Below, piece after piece: positions 9,432 through 18,875 of a DNA stretch of 22,967 nucleotides (its first letter is position 1; every line of letters begins with the position of its first letter). Below the pieces are notes generated by a model. The model did no database searches, had not been told where the DNA came from, and saw nothing but the letters and a program-made list of their open reading frames with translations. The translations under genes were made by a program, and so were the position numbers. Origin of the DNA: an uncultured Opitutales bacterium (GTDB lineage: Bacteria > Verrucomicrobiota > Verrucomicrobiia > Opitutales > Intestinicryptomonadaceae). Where the stretch lies: positions 1 to 22,967 of the forward strand of contig CAKUIA010000023.1 of assembly GCA_934660865.1 (NCBI GenBank), written 5' to 3'.

Positions 9432-10685
9432 TTATTTGTCCTGAAGCGAAGCTACGCCGGGAAGTTCCTTGCCTTCGAGGAATTCCAAAGACGCGCCGCC
9501 GCCCGTCGAAACGTGCGACATTTTGCTTGCCAAACCGCTTTTGTTTACGGCCGCAACCGAGTCGCCGCCGCCGATGATGGAAATGCCGCCGTTTGCCTTA
9601 ACTTGTGCAACGGCTTCGCAAACGCCGAAAGTGCCCTTGCTGAACTTTTCCATTTCAAAGCAGCCCATAGGCCCGTTCCATACAACGGTTTTTGCGCTCT
9701 TAATTGCGTTCGAGAACAGTTCCACCGACTTCGGGCCGATGTCTAGACCCATCCAACCGTCGGGAATGTTCTTTTCTACAACCTGCGTATTCGCGTTCGG
9801 GTCGAACTTGTCGGCTGCAACGCTGTCGACGGGCAAAAGGAAGTTTACGTTGCGTTCCTTTGCAAGGGCCATCATCTGCTTTGCGTATTCGATTTGGTCG
9901 TTTTCGCAGAGCGAGTTGCCAATGTTGTTGCCCAAAGCCTTAAGGAATGTGTATGCCATGCCGCCGCCTATTATAAGGGTGTCGACTTTGCCGAGAAGGT
10001 TTTTAACAACCGCCAATTTGTCGGAAACTTTTGCGCCGCCAAGTATTGCAACAAAGGGGCGAACGGGGTTTTCCACCGCAGAACCGAGATATTCGATTTC
10101 CTTTTCCATCAAAAAGCCCGCAACCGAAACGGGAATGTATTTTGTGATTACGGCCGTAGAAGCATGCGCCCTGTGGGCTGTGCCGAAAGCGTCGTTGCAG
10201 AAAATGTCGCCGTACGAGGCCAACTTTTTGGCCAATTCTTTTTGCTGTTCTTTTAAAGCGGCCTTGCGTGCTTTAAAGTCTTCGTCGCTTTCGCCGTCTT
10301 TTTGCTTGCACTTTGCCTGCTCTTCTTTGTGGTAGCGGGTGTTTTCAAGCATAACAATGTCGCCGGGTTTCATTGCTGCAACTTCCTTGTCGGCGGCTGC
10401 GCAGTCGGGTACAAATGTTACGGGCTTGTCCAACATCTTCGAGAGATAGTCGGCAACGATTTTCATTGTAGTGTCGGGGGTAATGCCCTTTTCGTCGGGG
10501 CGGCCCATGTGCGACATAAGAACAAGGCTGCCGCCCTGTTCGAGCACATATTTAATGGAGGGCAATGCGCCCTTTATACGGGTGTCGTCTTTAATTTGGC
10601 CCTCTTTTACGGGTACGTTAAAGTCGACGCGCATAACGACTTTTTTGCCTTTTAAGTCAACATCGCGGAGAGTTTTCTTGTTCAT
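9432..10685 (-). CDS. pgk: Phosphoglycerate kinase
   Basis: 417 aa. N-terminus RVDFNVP...D.RI, then FGTAHRAHAS and STGGGASLEFLEGKELPG. AAGGA lies 8 nt upstream of the ATG. It sits 30 nt upstream of tpiA. Confidence 0.95.
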   Translation of the reverse strand: MNKKTLRDVDLKGKKVVMRVDFNVPVKEGQIKDDTRIKGALPSIKYVLEQGGSLVLMSHMGRPDEKGITPDTTMKIVADYLSKMLDKPVTFVPDCAAADKEVAAMKPGDIVMLENTRYHKEEQAKCKQKDGESDEDFKARKAALKEQQKELAKKLASYGDIFCNDAFGTAHRAHASTAVITKYIPVSVAGFLMEKEIEYLGSAVENPVRPFVAILGGAKVSDKLAVVKNLLGKVDTLIIGGGMAYTFLKALGNNIGNSLCENDQIEYAKQMMALAKERNVNFLLPVDSVAADKFDPNANTQVVEKNIPDGWMGLDIGPKSVELFSNAIKSAKTVVWNGPMGCFEMEKFSKGTFGVCEAVAQVKANGGISIIGGGDSVAAVNKSGLASKMSHVSTGGGASLEFLEGKELPGVASLQDK

Positions 10686-10852
10686 TTGTATCCTTTTTTG
10701 GTTTTTAAATAAAAATATATACAGGTGATTTTGTTCCAGATAAGCATTTTTGCAACAATTTTCTTGCTATTTTGGCGGGCAAAATTCGATTTTTTGTCGT
10801 ATTTTAAAGGGTTTTAGTTAGGCTTAGTAAAACGGGCTCGGCAAATTTGCGC

Positions 10853-10884
10853 ATTATAAAGCAAATCGGCTTTTAATCCGATTT
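10853..10884 (-). promoter_or_regulatory. Candidate pgk-tpiA promoter: perfect TATAAT with an adjacent 7-bp inverted repeat
   Basis: Minus-strand TATAAT is at 10858-10853. The -35 at 17-nt spacing is weak (TCGGAT). The inverted repeat AAATCGG (10863-10869)-N8-CCGATTT (10878-10884) covers the spacer and -35 region. The implied 5'-UTR is about 160 nt. Confidence 0.3.
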
Positions 10885-10965
10885 TGGCAAATGGGCAAAA
10901 AATTTTTCTTTGAAAGCAAATGTCGCAAAACCGCAAAGCTAAATGTACCGACTATTTGTAAAGAC

Positions 10966-11000
10966 AAAAAAAGAGGGCGGCAAAAACCGTCCTCTTTTTT
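10966..11000 (-). terminator. Rho-independent terminator downstream of gap
   Basis: A 10-bp stem, AAGAGGGCGG (10971-10980) with CCGTCCTCTT (10989-10998), has one mismatch (a C-A pair on the minus strand). On the minus strand it is followed by T7. It lies 22 nt after the gap stop. Confidence 0.7.
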
Positions 11001-11020
11001 AAGAATTCTAATTCCCGTAA

Positions 11021-12130
<1,110 letters not shown>

Positions 12131-12157
12131 TTATAAAAGGTTTAATTTGTATATACA

Positions 12158-12194
12158 TAAAAACCCCCGCAATTTTTTTGATTTTTGCGGGGGT
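12158..12194 (-). terminator. Rho-independent terminator downstream of the multi-OstA gene
   Basis: A 9-bp GC-rich stem: CCCCCGCAA (12164-12172) pairs with TTGCGGGGG (12185-12193). On the minus strand it is followed by TTTTTAT. It lies 30 nt after the stop at 12223. Confidence 0.8.
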
Positions 12195-12222
12195 TATATC
12201 GGCGCTTTTTTTGGGCCCTGCG

Positions 12223-14346
12223 CTATTGCCCGACTTTTCCGCCTATGGGCGGCAAAACAATGGTGGGCCTTTGGGTTGCGCCGTCGCCTTCTATGCTTAC
12301 GCCCTGCCTGCCCTTTCGGTATATCATTCTATAGCCCCGGGCTGTTGTGTTGCTTTCGGCGTCTACAACGCTCGGGTTTTCGCTTAAAGTTACCGTTTCC
12401 TCTTGCGGGAAAATGTCGGCGCGGCCGGCCGTAGCCGTTTTTTGCCCCTGTTGAATTTTCACGTCGCCGGTGGCCGTAATTTTTTCGATAGAGTCTTTGC
12501 CGCCCATAACGGTCTCTATTTTTTGGCAGGTGGCCTTTGTTTCGCCCGAGAGGACTACCACATTGTCCAAAAAGAAATATCTGTCTTTTTTGCCCTCTAC
12601 CAGCGCCTGGGTGTCGCTTGTAATTGTAGTTTCTTTCGCCAGTTGGTTTGCGTCGGGGTTTAGGCCAATCCCCTTAAGGGGCGGCAAAACAACGGTGGGG
12701 CGCATTTGCGGTTTTTCGGGGTCGGTAAGCAGCTCGGTAAAGGTGCGGTTGCCGCCTTTTTGGTCGTCGTTAATTTCGGCCTTTGGGTATATTTTTGCCC
12801 ACTGCGCCGTTGCCGAATAGTTTTTGCCCTTTAGTTTTATGTCGCCAAAGGCCTCTATCTTTTCTATCTGGCCTTTGTTTTTGCCGTCGTTTTTCGCTAA
12901 AACAGTCATTTTATTGCAAAGTACCGCGGCGTCTTGCGAGGCAATGGAAACGTTGCCCGAAAAGTCGAACACGGTTTTTTCGAGGTTTCTTGTCGCGGTA
13001 AGGCGGTCGGCCTTTATGACGGCCTGCGAAAAGTTTTTGCCCTTGTATGTGCCGGCATTGGGCTTTTGCGCTATTTTTACGACAACCTGTTTCTTGCCCC
13101 TGCAAAATACTTCGGCGCGGTTGTCGTTGCGGTATAAAACAACGTAGTCGCCCGCAACGCTAACGCCGCGGCCGGGGTCTTTCAGCGTAGCCTTGTTTTC
13201 CAGCGTAAGCTTGCCCGTTTTTGCCGAATATTCGAAATTTTGTGCGGTTGCGGTTTGCCCGTCTTTTTTTACCGAAACGCCGCCTTTGCCCCTTACAAAC
13301 GAAAGCGTTTTCTTTTCGCCGTCGGCCGAATTTTCGGTGTCGGCGGCTTCGGCGGTCATATTTGCGCAGTTAACTACCGCATTGTCGGAAAGCATTTTTA
13401 CGTTGCCCGAAAAATCGAACATGGCATTTTTGCCGGAGGCGTCCATGGAAATTTTGTCGGCGTAAATGTCTACAACAAGGGGTGTTTCACCGTCTTTTTT
13501 TGTAAGCGAGGCCTTTGCCTGTTTTTTGCCGCAAAACGATTCTATCTTTTTTGCGGGTTTGTTAAGGGTAATTTTGTCGCCGAACAGCTTTGTGCTGCTT
13601 TTTATGTCGGTAAGCTCGGCGTTGCCGGTCAATACGGCCGTTTCGGTTTGGGGGGTTAAAAGTATGTTGTCGGCAAGGGCGTCCTGCTCGTTTTTCCACA
13701 CTATTTTCGCGTTGCCCGACGCCTCTATTTTTTTCGCCTTTTTGCGCCCCGATTCGCGCGATTTTTTGTCGGCGCAAACCGAAAGTTTTTCGCAGTCTAT
13801 GTCGGCGTCGGCGCCGCGCATTTTTACTTTTCCGAAAAACGAAAATTTGTTTTCGCCGCCCGCGTGGCAAAAAGAGCCCTCTTTGCTTGTAATTACCGCG
13901 CCTTTGTCGGTCTTTTCGGGCGAGTCGTTAAACAAAATCTTTATTCCGTTGTATACCTTAACGGTTTTGCCGTCGCTTTGCCAAAGCCAGGTTTTGCCCT
14001 CAAGGTTAAAGGCCTGTCCTTTTGCGTACAGCATTCCGTCGCCGCCCGCCGATTTCGTTCGTGGGAAAACGTCGGCAACTTTGCTTGAAATCTCGTAGTC
14101 TATATTCCCCTTTTCGGAGCCGTCGAAAATGTTAAGGCGCATATTGTCCACCAAAATTTTGTCGTCGGAAACGTATTTCGCCTCGTCGCCTATAATTTCC
14201 CAATCCCTATATCCGCTTTTTTCGTCGAAATTCGACACCTTAAAGCTTTTTGCGCTGACGGGAACTATGCCCGTTTGCGCAAGGGCGCAGGGAACGGAAA
14301 CTGTAAAAAGCCCGAATAGGGCGGATAAAAGAAGAAAGTTTTTCAT
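12223..14346 (-). CDS. Secreted 707-aa protein built from an LptC-like module plus four LptA/OstA-like repeats
   Basis: Signal peptide MKNFLLLSALFGLFTVSVPCALA|Q. The LptA-type pattern recurs (hydrophobic-x-ADxh ... FxFSGNV ... hxCxKh ... IEKIEAxGxVKI ... A.A..A.Y). Exact FDFSGNV occurs at aa 310-316 and 460-466, with variants at 168-174 and 590-596. RPT[VI]VLPP occurs at aa 549-556 and 693-700. Residues 30-140 resemble LptC. Confidence 0.65.
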   Translation of the reverse strand: MKNFLLLSALFGLFTVSVPCALAQTGIVPVSAKSFKVSNFDEKSGYRDWEIIGDEAKYVSDDKILVDNMRLNIFDGSEKGNIDYEISSKVADVFPRTKSAGGDGMLYAKGQAFNLEGKTWLWQSDGKTVKVYNGIKILFNDSPEKTDKGAVITSKEGSFCHAGGENKFSFFGKVKMRGADADIDCEKLSVCADKKSRESGRKKAKKIEASGNAKIVWKNEQDALADNILLTPQTETAVLTGNAELTDIKSSTKLFGDKITLNKPAKKIESFCGKKQAKASLTKKDGETPLVVDIYADKISMDASGKNAMFDFSGNVKMLSDNAVVNCANMTAEAADTENSADGEKKTLSFVRGKGGVSVKKDGQTATAQNFEYSAKTGKLTLENKATLKDPGRGVSVAGDYVVLYRNDNRAEVFCRGKKQVVVKIAQKPNAGTYKGKNFSQAVIKADRLTATRNLEKTVFDFSGNVSIASQDAAVLCNKMTVLAKNDGKNKGQIEKIEAFGDIKLKGKNYSATAQWAKIYPKAEINDDQKGGNRTFTELLTDPEKPQMRPTVVLPPLKGIGLNPDANQLAKETTITSDTQALVEGKKDRYFFLDNVVVLSGETKATCQKIETVMGGKDSIEKITATGDVKIQQGQKTATAGRADIFPQEETVTLSENPSVVDAESNTTARGYRMIYRKGRQGVSIEGDGATQRPTIVLPPIGGKVGQ

Positions 14347-16715
14347 CGGCGTTCAATCCAAAGCGAAAAGGACAGCGCGGGCAATTTTAAAATTTGCGCC
14401 GTTTTTAAGCGCGGGCATTTCAAGCCCCTTTCGTCGAACCTGTCGGTGTCGGCAATTTGAATAAAGTTTTCCGGGTTAAAGTCGTTTAAATCCAAATAGG
14501 CGTTAAAGCCCGACGGGTTAAACGCCGCAAAAATTTTGGGGCAGTTTCTGGAGTTGTCGGCATTGAACAATACGCCTACTGCGTTTCTTATTTCGTCTTT
14601 AAAGAATTTAAAATAGCTTTCGTTCGGTTCGCTGAAAAGCCTTAAGGCTTCGGATTTATCGGAAGAGCACCTGAATTTTGCAAAGTTTCTTAAAAACTCG
14701 CACGCGCCCGAATTTACGCACGCCCTAAAATAGTCTAGGGCGTTCTTTTCGCCGTCTAAATAGGTGTTGTTTGCGCCGTATTTTGTGCGCACCGTGTCGA
14801 AGCCCTCGGCAAGCATGGGCATTCCGACCGAGGCCAAAACTATGCTGTAGGCCAGCTTGTAGCGGCGCAAATCTTCAAACGTGGGGTTGTCGAAATTGCC
14901 CGAAATGCGGTCGAAGAAGGTTTTGTCGTCGTGGCTTTCTATGTAGTTTACCGTTTGCGAGGGCCATGCCGCCGTATGTTTCGAGCCCCTTAAAAAGTAG
15001 CAAAGGCCGTCGGCATTGCCGTTTCCCAAAACATAGTCTTTTACAAATTCCCTAAAAGAGTCGTTCCATGCGGCGTACCCCGTATTTTTCAGGCTTGTGC
15101 CCATGTGCCCCCTAAAGCTCCAGGGTTCCGCAATAAGAACGATGTCGGGCCTGATTTTCTTTAGGTGTTTTTCGACGTATTCAAGACATTCAAGCCCCAA
15201 AAGTTCGGCCAAATCGAATCTAAAACCGTCTATGCCGAATTTTTTTACGAAATGCTCCAGGCTTTCGGCGATAAGCCTTTTTGCCATAAAAGACGACGCC
15301 CTCAAGTCGTTGCCACAGCCGCTGTAGTTCATGTAGGAATTGTCGGGCGCGCACTCGAAATAGTAGCTTTTGTCTATTCTCGCCAGCGAGTTCGGGCTGC
15401 CCGTGTGGTTGTATACAACGTCAAGCAAAACGGCAAAGCCCTCGTCGTGGAAAGCCTGCACAAGCTCGGCAAACTCTCTTAGCTGCGAAAAGCTTTCGGG
15501 GTTTTCGGCATACGCGCTGGACGGCGAAAACCAGTTTACGGGCATATAGCCCCAATGGTATTCTTCGGCGCTTTTGTTGTCGAATTCCTGCAGCGGCTGA
15601 AATTCGACGCAATTTGCCCCGCATTCCTTAAAATAGTTGAAGCGCTCTTTTATGTATTTGCGCATAGCCGAATATGTGGGGCGCTCGCCGTTTTTTGCGG
15701 AGTTTTTTAGAACGTCTTTTATGTGGGCTTCGACAATGCAAAGGTTTTGCCACTGTATGCGCCTAAAGGGTTTTGCGTCTGGCATTAAGTCGCGGTCGAG
15801 CACCAAAGCCGGTACTTTTTGCGGGAGAACGGCAACGGCGTAGGGGTCTGCAATCTCCTCGTTAAAATCAAAGTCGCACTTGCCGTGCTGGTTGTCGCCC
15901 GAAATTTTGTACGAGTACAAATATCCCGTTAAATTGCCGTCTAATTCCGTTTTCCATACGCCGTTTTTTTGCCTTGCAAGTGCGTATAATCGGGGCGCGT
16001 AATTTGCCCTTTCGCGCAGTACAAGCACAACCGATTTCGCCCTGGGCGCAAAAATTGCAAACTGCGTTTTGCCGTTTTGCGTGCTTATCCCCAATTTTTC
16101 GCTTGGCGACAGCGAAAACAAAAGTTTTGAAGCGTCTACCAAAACGGGCTGCGTTTTTGCCGAAAAAATTTCGCAAGTTTCGCAAAGGTTTGCCGTGCCC
16201 CTAAAATACGAAAGCAGAATATGCCTGCCGCCCCTGTCGTGCTGGGCTGTAAGGTTTAGGTTGCCCTGCCCGTCTTTTTCGGAATTTAGGGCAAAACTTT
16301 GGGGTTGCAGCCAAATGCCGTCGCTGCGCACAAATTTAAAGAAAACCTTTTTTTGCGCCGCAAACACCGTCTTTTCGTCCAGACAAATTTCAAGCGACTG
16401 CCCCGCGTTTTTCAGCTGCCAATCCTCGCAGTTTGCGGCGTTTTGCCAGCCGTTAAAGTCGCCGCAAACGTAGTATTTAAATGAGTCGACATTTAAATCG
16501 GGGCAGTTTTTTGCGTTAAGGACAAAGTGCACCTTGCCGTTTTCGATATAGTGGTACGAATAGTCCGCAAAAAGCCGCAGGGGCGCAAAGGCGGTATGCA
16601 GCTTAAAGGTTTTTTCGCCGTTTTTTAGGTAAAATTGGGGTATTGTATCGGCGTTTTTCGACAATACATTCACTATTTGACGCTCGTTGCGCCACCATGC
16701 ACTAACAAGTTTCAT
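14343..16715 (-). CDS. GH13 alpha-1,6-glucosidase, pullulanase-type / glycogen debranching enzyme, apparently cytoplasmic
   Basis: 790 aa. GH13 conserved regions are I LLDVVYNHTG, II GIDGFRFDLAELL, III VLIAEPWS and IV NYIESHDDKTF. A CBM48-like segment lies upstream (TQFAIFAPRAKSVVLVL...NGVWKTEL...YLYSYKI), with an additional GDFNGW-containing N-terminal module. No signal peptide (MKLVSAWWRNERQ...). Confidence 0.85.
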   Translation of the reverse strand: MKLVSAWWRNERQIVNVLSKNADTIPQFYLKNGEKTFKLHTAFAPLRLFADYSYHYIENGKVHFVLNAKNCPDLNVDSFKYYVCGDFNGWQNAANCEDWQLKNAGQSLEICLDEKTVFAAQKKVFFKFVRSDGIWLQPQSFALNSEKDGQGNLNLTAQHDRGGRHILLSYFRGTANLCETCEIFSAKTQPVLVDASKLLFSLSPSEKLGISTQNGKTQFAIFAPRAKSVVLVLRERANYAPRLYALARQKNGVWKTELDGNLTGYLYSYKISGDNQHGKCDFDFNEEIADPYAVAVLPQKVPALVLDRDLMPDAKPFRRIQWQNLCIVEAHIKDVLKNSAKNGERPTYSAMRKYIKERFNYFKECGANCVEFQPLQEFDNKSAEEYHWGYMPVNWFSPSSAYAENPESFSQLREFAELVQAFHDEGFAVLLDVVYNHTGSPNSLARIDKSYYFECAPDNSYMNYSGCGNDLRASSFMAKRLIAESLEHFVKKFGIDGFRFDLAELLGLECLEYVEKHLKKIRPDIVLIAEPWSFRGHMGTSLKNTGYAAWNDSFREFVKDYVLGNGNADGLCYFLRGSKHTAAWPSQTVNYIESHDDKTFFDRISGNFDNPTFEDLRRYKLAYSIVLASVGMPMLAEGFDTVRTKYGANNTYLDGEKNALDYFRACVNSGACEFLRNFAKFRCSSDKSEALRLFSEPNESYFKFFKDEIRNAVGVLFNADNSRNCPKIFAAFNPSGFNAYLDLNDFNPENFIQIADTDRFDERGLKCPRLKTAQILKLPALSFSLWIERR

Positions 16716-17056
16716 TTTTTTTCGCCGCTGTTCGGCGGGGGAAGAATGTCTACCTTTTCGTCGTCGTTAAATCTGAAAATTATTTCGTCCTGGCTTGTGT
16801 AGCCGAGTTTTTGTTTTATAAGGCGCTGCACAAACCTGTCGTCGTGCAAAAGCTTTTCGTAGTATTCCGATTGGTACGCCAGCTCGTCCCTAAGCTTTTC
16901 GACCCTTTTTATAAGCGCGCTTTCGCGCTGCAAAAGCAGGCGGTTTTCGTCGGCTACGTTTTTTATGGCAACTGCAAAGGCCGCCGCCCCCGCCAAAAGC
17001 AGGGCCGAAACCATTATTATCAACGCCAAAAGCGTGTTTTCCTTTGTTTTTGCCAT
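16712..17056 (-). CDS. ftsB: Septum formation initiator family protein (FtsB/DivIC-like)
   Basis: Start re-called at M30 of the tracked ORF, giving 114 aa (MAKTKENT...). The architecture is a short N-terminus, one TM (LLALIIMVSALLLAGAAAFAVAI), a coiled coil (LLLQRESALIKRVEKLRDELAYQSEYYEKL), then the family C-terminal motif FVQRLIKQKLGYTSQDEIIFRF. The upstream 29 codons are AT-rich and look non-coding. The start choice is uncertain. Confidence 0.6.
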   Translation of the reverse strand: MAKTKENTLLALIIMVSALLLAGAAAFAVAIKNVADENRLLLQRESALIKRVEKLRDELAYQSEYYEKLLHDDRFVQRLIKQKLGYTSQDEIIFRFNDDEKVDILPPPNSGEKK

Positions 17057-17126
17057 AGTTTTGAATTTTTCTACCGCCGAATATTGTATCTTTTTGGTGT
17101 GTCTGTAAATAAAATATAAAAATATG

Positions 17127-17155
17127 TTGAACTTTTCGCCCAATCAATAAATAAT
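17127..17155 (+). promoter_or_regulatory. Candidate sigma70-type promoter for the aas-like/alr cluster
   Basis: TTGAAC (17127-17132), a 17-nt spacer, then AATAAT (17150-17155). It lies 35 nt upstream of the ATG at 17190. This is a pattern match only. Confidence 0.3.
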
Positions 17156-17189
17156 CGGGCACTTTTATAACAAACGGCTATTACAGATT

Positions 17190-18860
17190 ATGAGCGTTTT
17201 AAGCGAAGGTAAATTTTTAGACACAAATTTCGCGGAATTTTGCACCTTGCCCGAATTGGACTACAGTTTGGCGTATGCGGCACTTGTTGGCTTAAGCAAA
17301 AACACCTCTTCGGATTTTTGCTACGACTATTCGATGAATAAGTCGATGAACAGGGGCGTTGTTTTGGCGGCGGCTTTGGAGCTTAAAAAATATTTCGACA
17401 AAAACTTCAAGGGCGAAAAGCGCATAGGCATTGCGCTGCCTTCGGGCATTCCCGGTTTGCTGGTTAATTTGGCCGCGCAAATGGCGGGTAAATCGTGCGT
17501 TAATTTGAACTTTACGCTCGGCCGCGCGGCGGCCGCCCACTGCGTTAAAACGGCCGAGCTAAAAAGCGTTGTAAGCGCCCAAAAACTTAAGAATAAGCTG
17601 GAGGAAAAGGGCATAAACTTCCCGTGGCCCGAAAAGTTTGTAGACATTGCCGAAGTTCTAAAAAATATGTCGAAAATTTCGGTTCTTAAAAATTTGGCGT
17701 TGGTAAAAACGCTTCCCGCATCGGCTTTGGCGGGGCTTTTCGGCATAGAAAAATTCGGCGGCAAAAGGGAGGCTTCGATAATCTTTACAAGCGGTAGCGA
17801 AGGTATGCCCAAGGCGGCGGTGCTTACCCACCGCAACATTGTGGGCAACTGCGTTCAAATGCACTACTGCGGCGAAGTTTTCCCCGACGATGTTTTGCAT
17901 GCAAACCTGCCGCTTTTCCACAGCTTTGGGCAGTCTATACAGCTTTGGTTTGCGCTAATGTACGGCGTAAAAAGCACAATGGTTGCAAGCCCGCTCGAAG
18001 TTAGGCAAAATTTCGACGCAATGCGCCGCAACAAATCAACAATAATGATTTCCACGCCCACTTTTCTTAGAACTTATTTAAGAAAGGGCAACCCCGAAGA
18101 CGCAAAAAGCCTAAGATACGTTATTGCGGGGGCCGAAAAAACTCCCGAAGGCCTGTGCGCATTGTGGAATGCGCGCTTTCCCAACAGCTGCTATATGGAA
18201 GGCTACGGACTAACCGAGGCTTCGCCCGTTGTTTGCGTAAACCACCGCAAAATAGCGACAAGAAACAAGTTTAGAGATTACCCGAGCGATTGCAAAGTGG
18301 GGTCTATAGGCCCGCTTTTCCCCGGAATGAAGGCGGGCATTTTGGATATGGACACAAAGGAATTTTTGCCCATAGGCCAAACGGGTATGCTTTGTCTTAA
18401 AGGCCCGAATATCTTCGGCGGCTACAAGGGCATGCCCGAGCTTAACGCCGAAAAGTTTTTCGACGGCTGGCTGATTACGGGCGACTTGGCTTCCATAGAC
18501 GAAGACGGCTACATATTCATAAAGGGCAGGCTTTCGAGGTTTTCGAAAATAGGCGGCGAAATGGTGCCGCACACAACCATCGAAGAGGCCGTTGTAAAGG
18601 CCTACAACAAGCAGGACAGCGAAACGCTTTGCTTTGCCGTGGCCTCGTGCGAAGACAGCGCAAAGGGCGAAAGCATTGTTTTGCTTACTACAATCGACAT
18701 CGACAAAAGCGAGCTTCGCGCAAAACTTTCGGCGCTGGGCTTCCCCAATTTGTGGCTTCCGCGCCACATCGTCAAGGTCGACTCGATTCCCGTTTTGCCG
18801 ACGGGCAAGATGGACCTAAAAAGCGTCAGGGAAATCGCAAAAGGGGCGGCTGCCCTTTAA
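17190..18860 (+). CDS. AMP-dependent synthetase/ligase, Aas-like acyl-[ACP]/long-chain fatty-acid ligase
   Basis: 556 aa. AMP-binding motif IIFTSGSEGMPKAAVLTHRN, then EGYGLTEASPV, GWLITGDLASIDEDGYIFIKGRLSRFSKIGGEMV (the RF-x-KI-GGEM signature recalls the acyl-ACP synthetase half of Aas) and a C-terminal PVLPTGKMD. Confidence 0.75.
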   Translation: MSVLSEGKFLDTNFAEFCTLPELDYSLAYAALVGLSKNTSSDFCYDYSMNKSMNRGVVLAAALELKKYFDKNFKGEKRIGIALPSGIPGLLVNLAAQMAGKSCVNLNFTLGRAAAAHCVKTAELKSVVSAQKLKNKLEEKGINFPWPEKFVDIAEVLKNMSKISVLKNLALVKTLPASALAGLFGIEKFGGKREASIIFTSGSEGMPKAAVLTHRNIVGNCVQMHYCGEVFPDDVLHANLPLFHSFGQSIQLWFALMYGVKSTMVASPLEVRQNFDAMRRNKSTIMISTPTFLRTYLRKGNPEDAKSLRYVIAGAEKTPEGLCALWNARFPNSCYMEGYGLTEASPVVCVNHRKIATRNKFRDYPSDCKVGSIGPLFPGMKAGILDMDTKEFLPIGQTGMLCLKGPNIFGGYKGMPELNAEKFFDGWLITGDLASIDEDGYIFIKGRLSRFSKIGGEMVPHTTIEEAVVKAYNKQDSETLCFAVASCEDSAKGESIVLLTTIDIDKSELRAKLSALGFPNLWLPRHIVKVDSIPVLPTGKMDLKSVREIAKGAAAL

Positions 18861-18875
18861 GGGAGTTTTTTTGAA

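Noticed and set aside
17057-17143. A 29-codon N-terminal extension of the FtsB-like gene.
   Set aside because: The extension is AT-rich, aromatic and basic, and looks non-coding. FtsB/DivIC proteins normally begin a few residues before the TM helix. This rejection is moderately confident only, because neither candidate start has a good SD.
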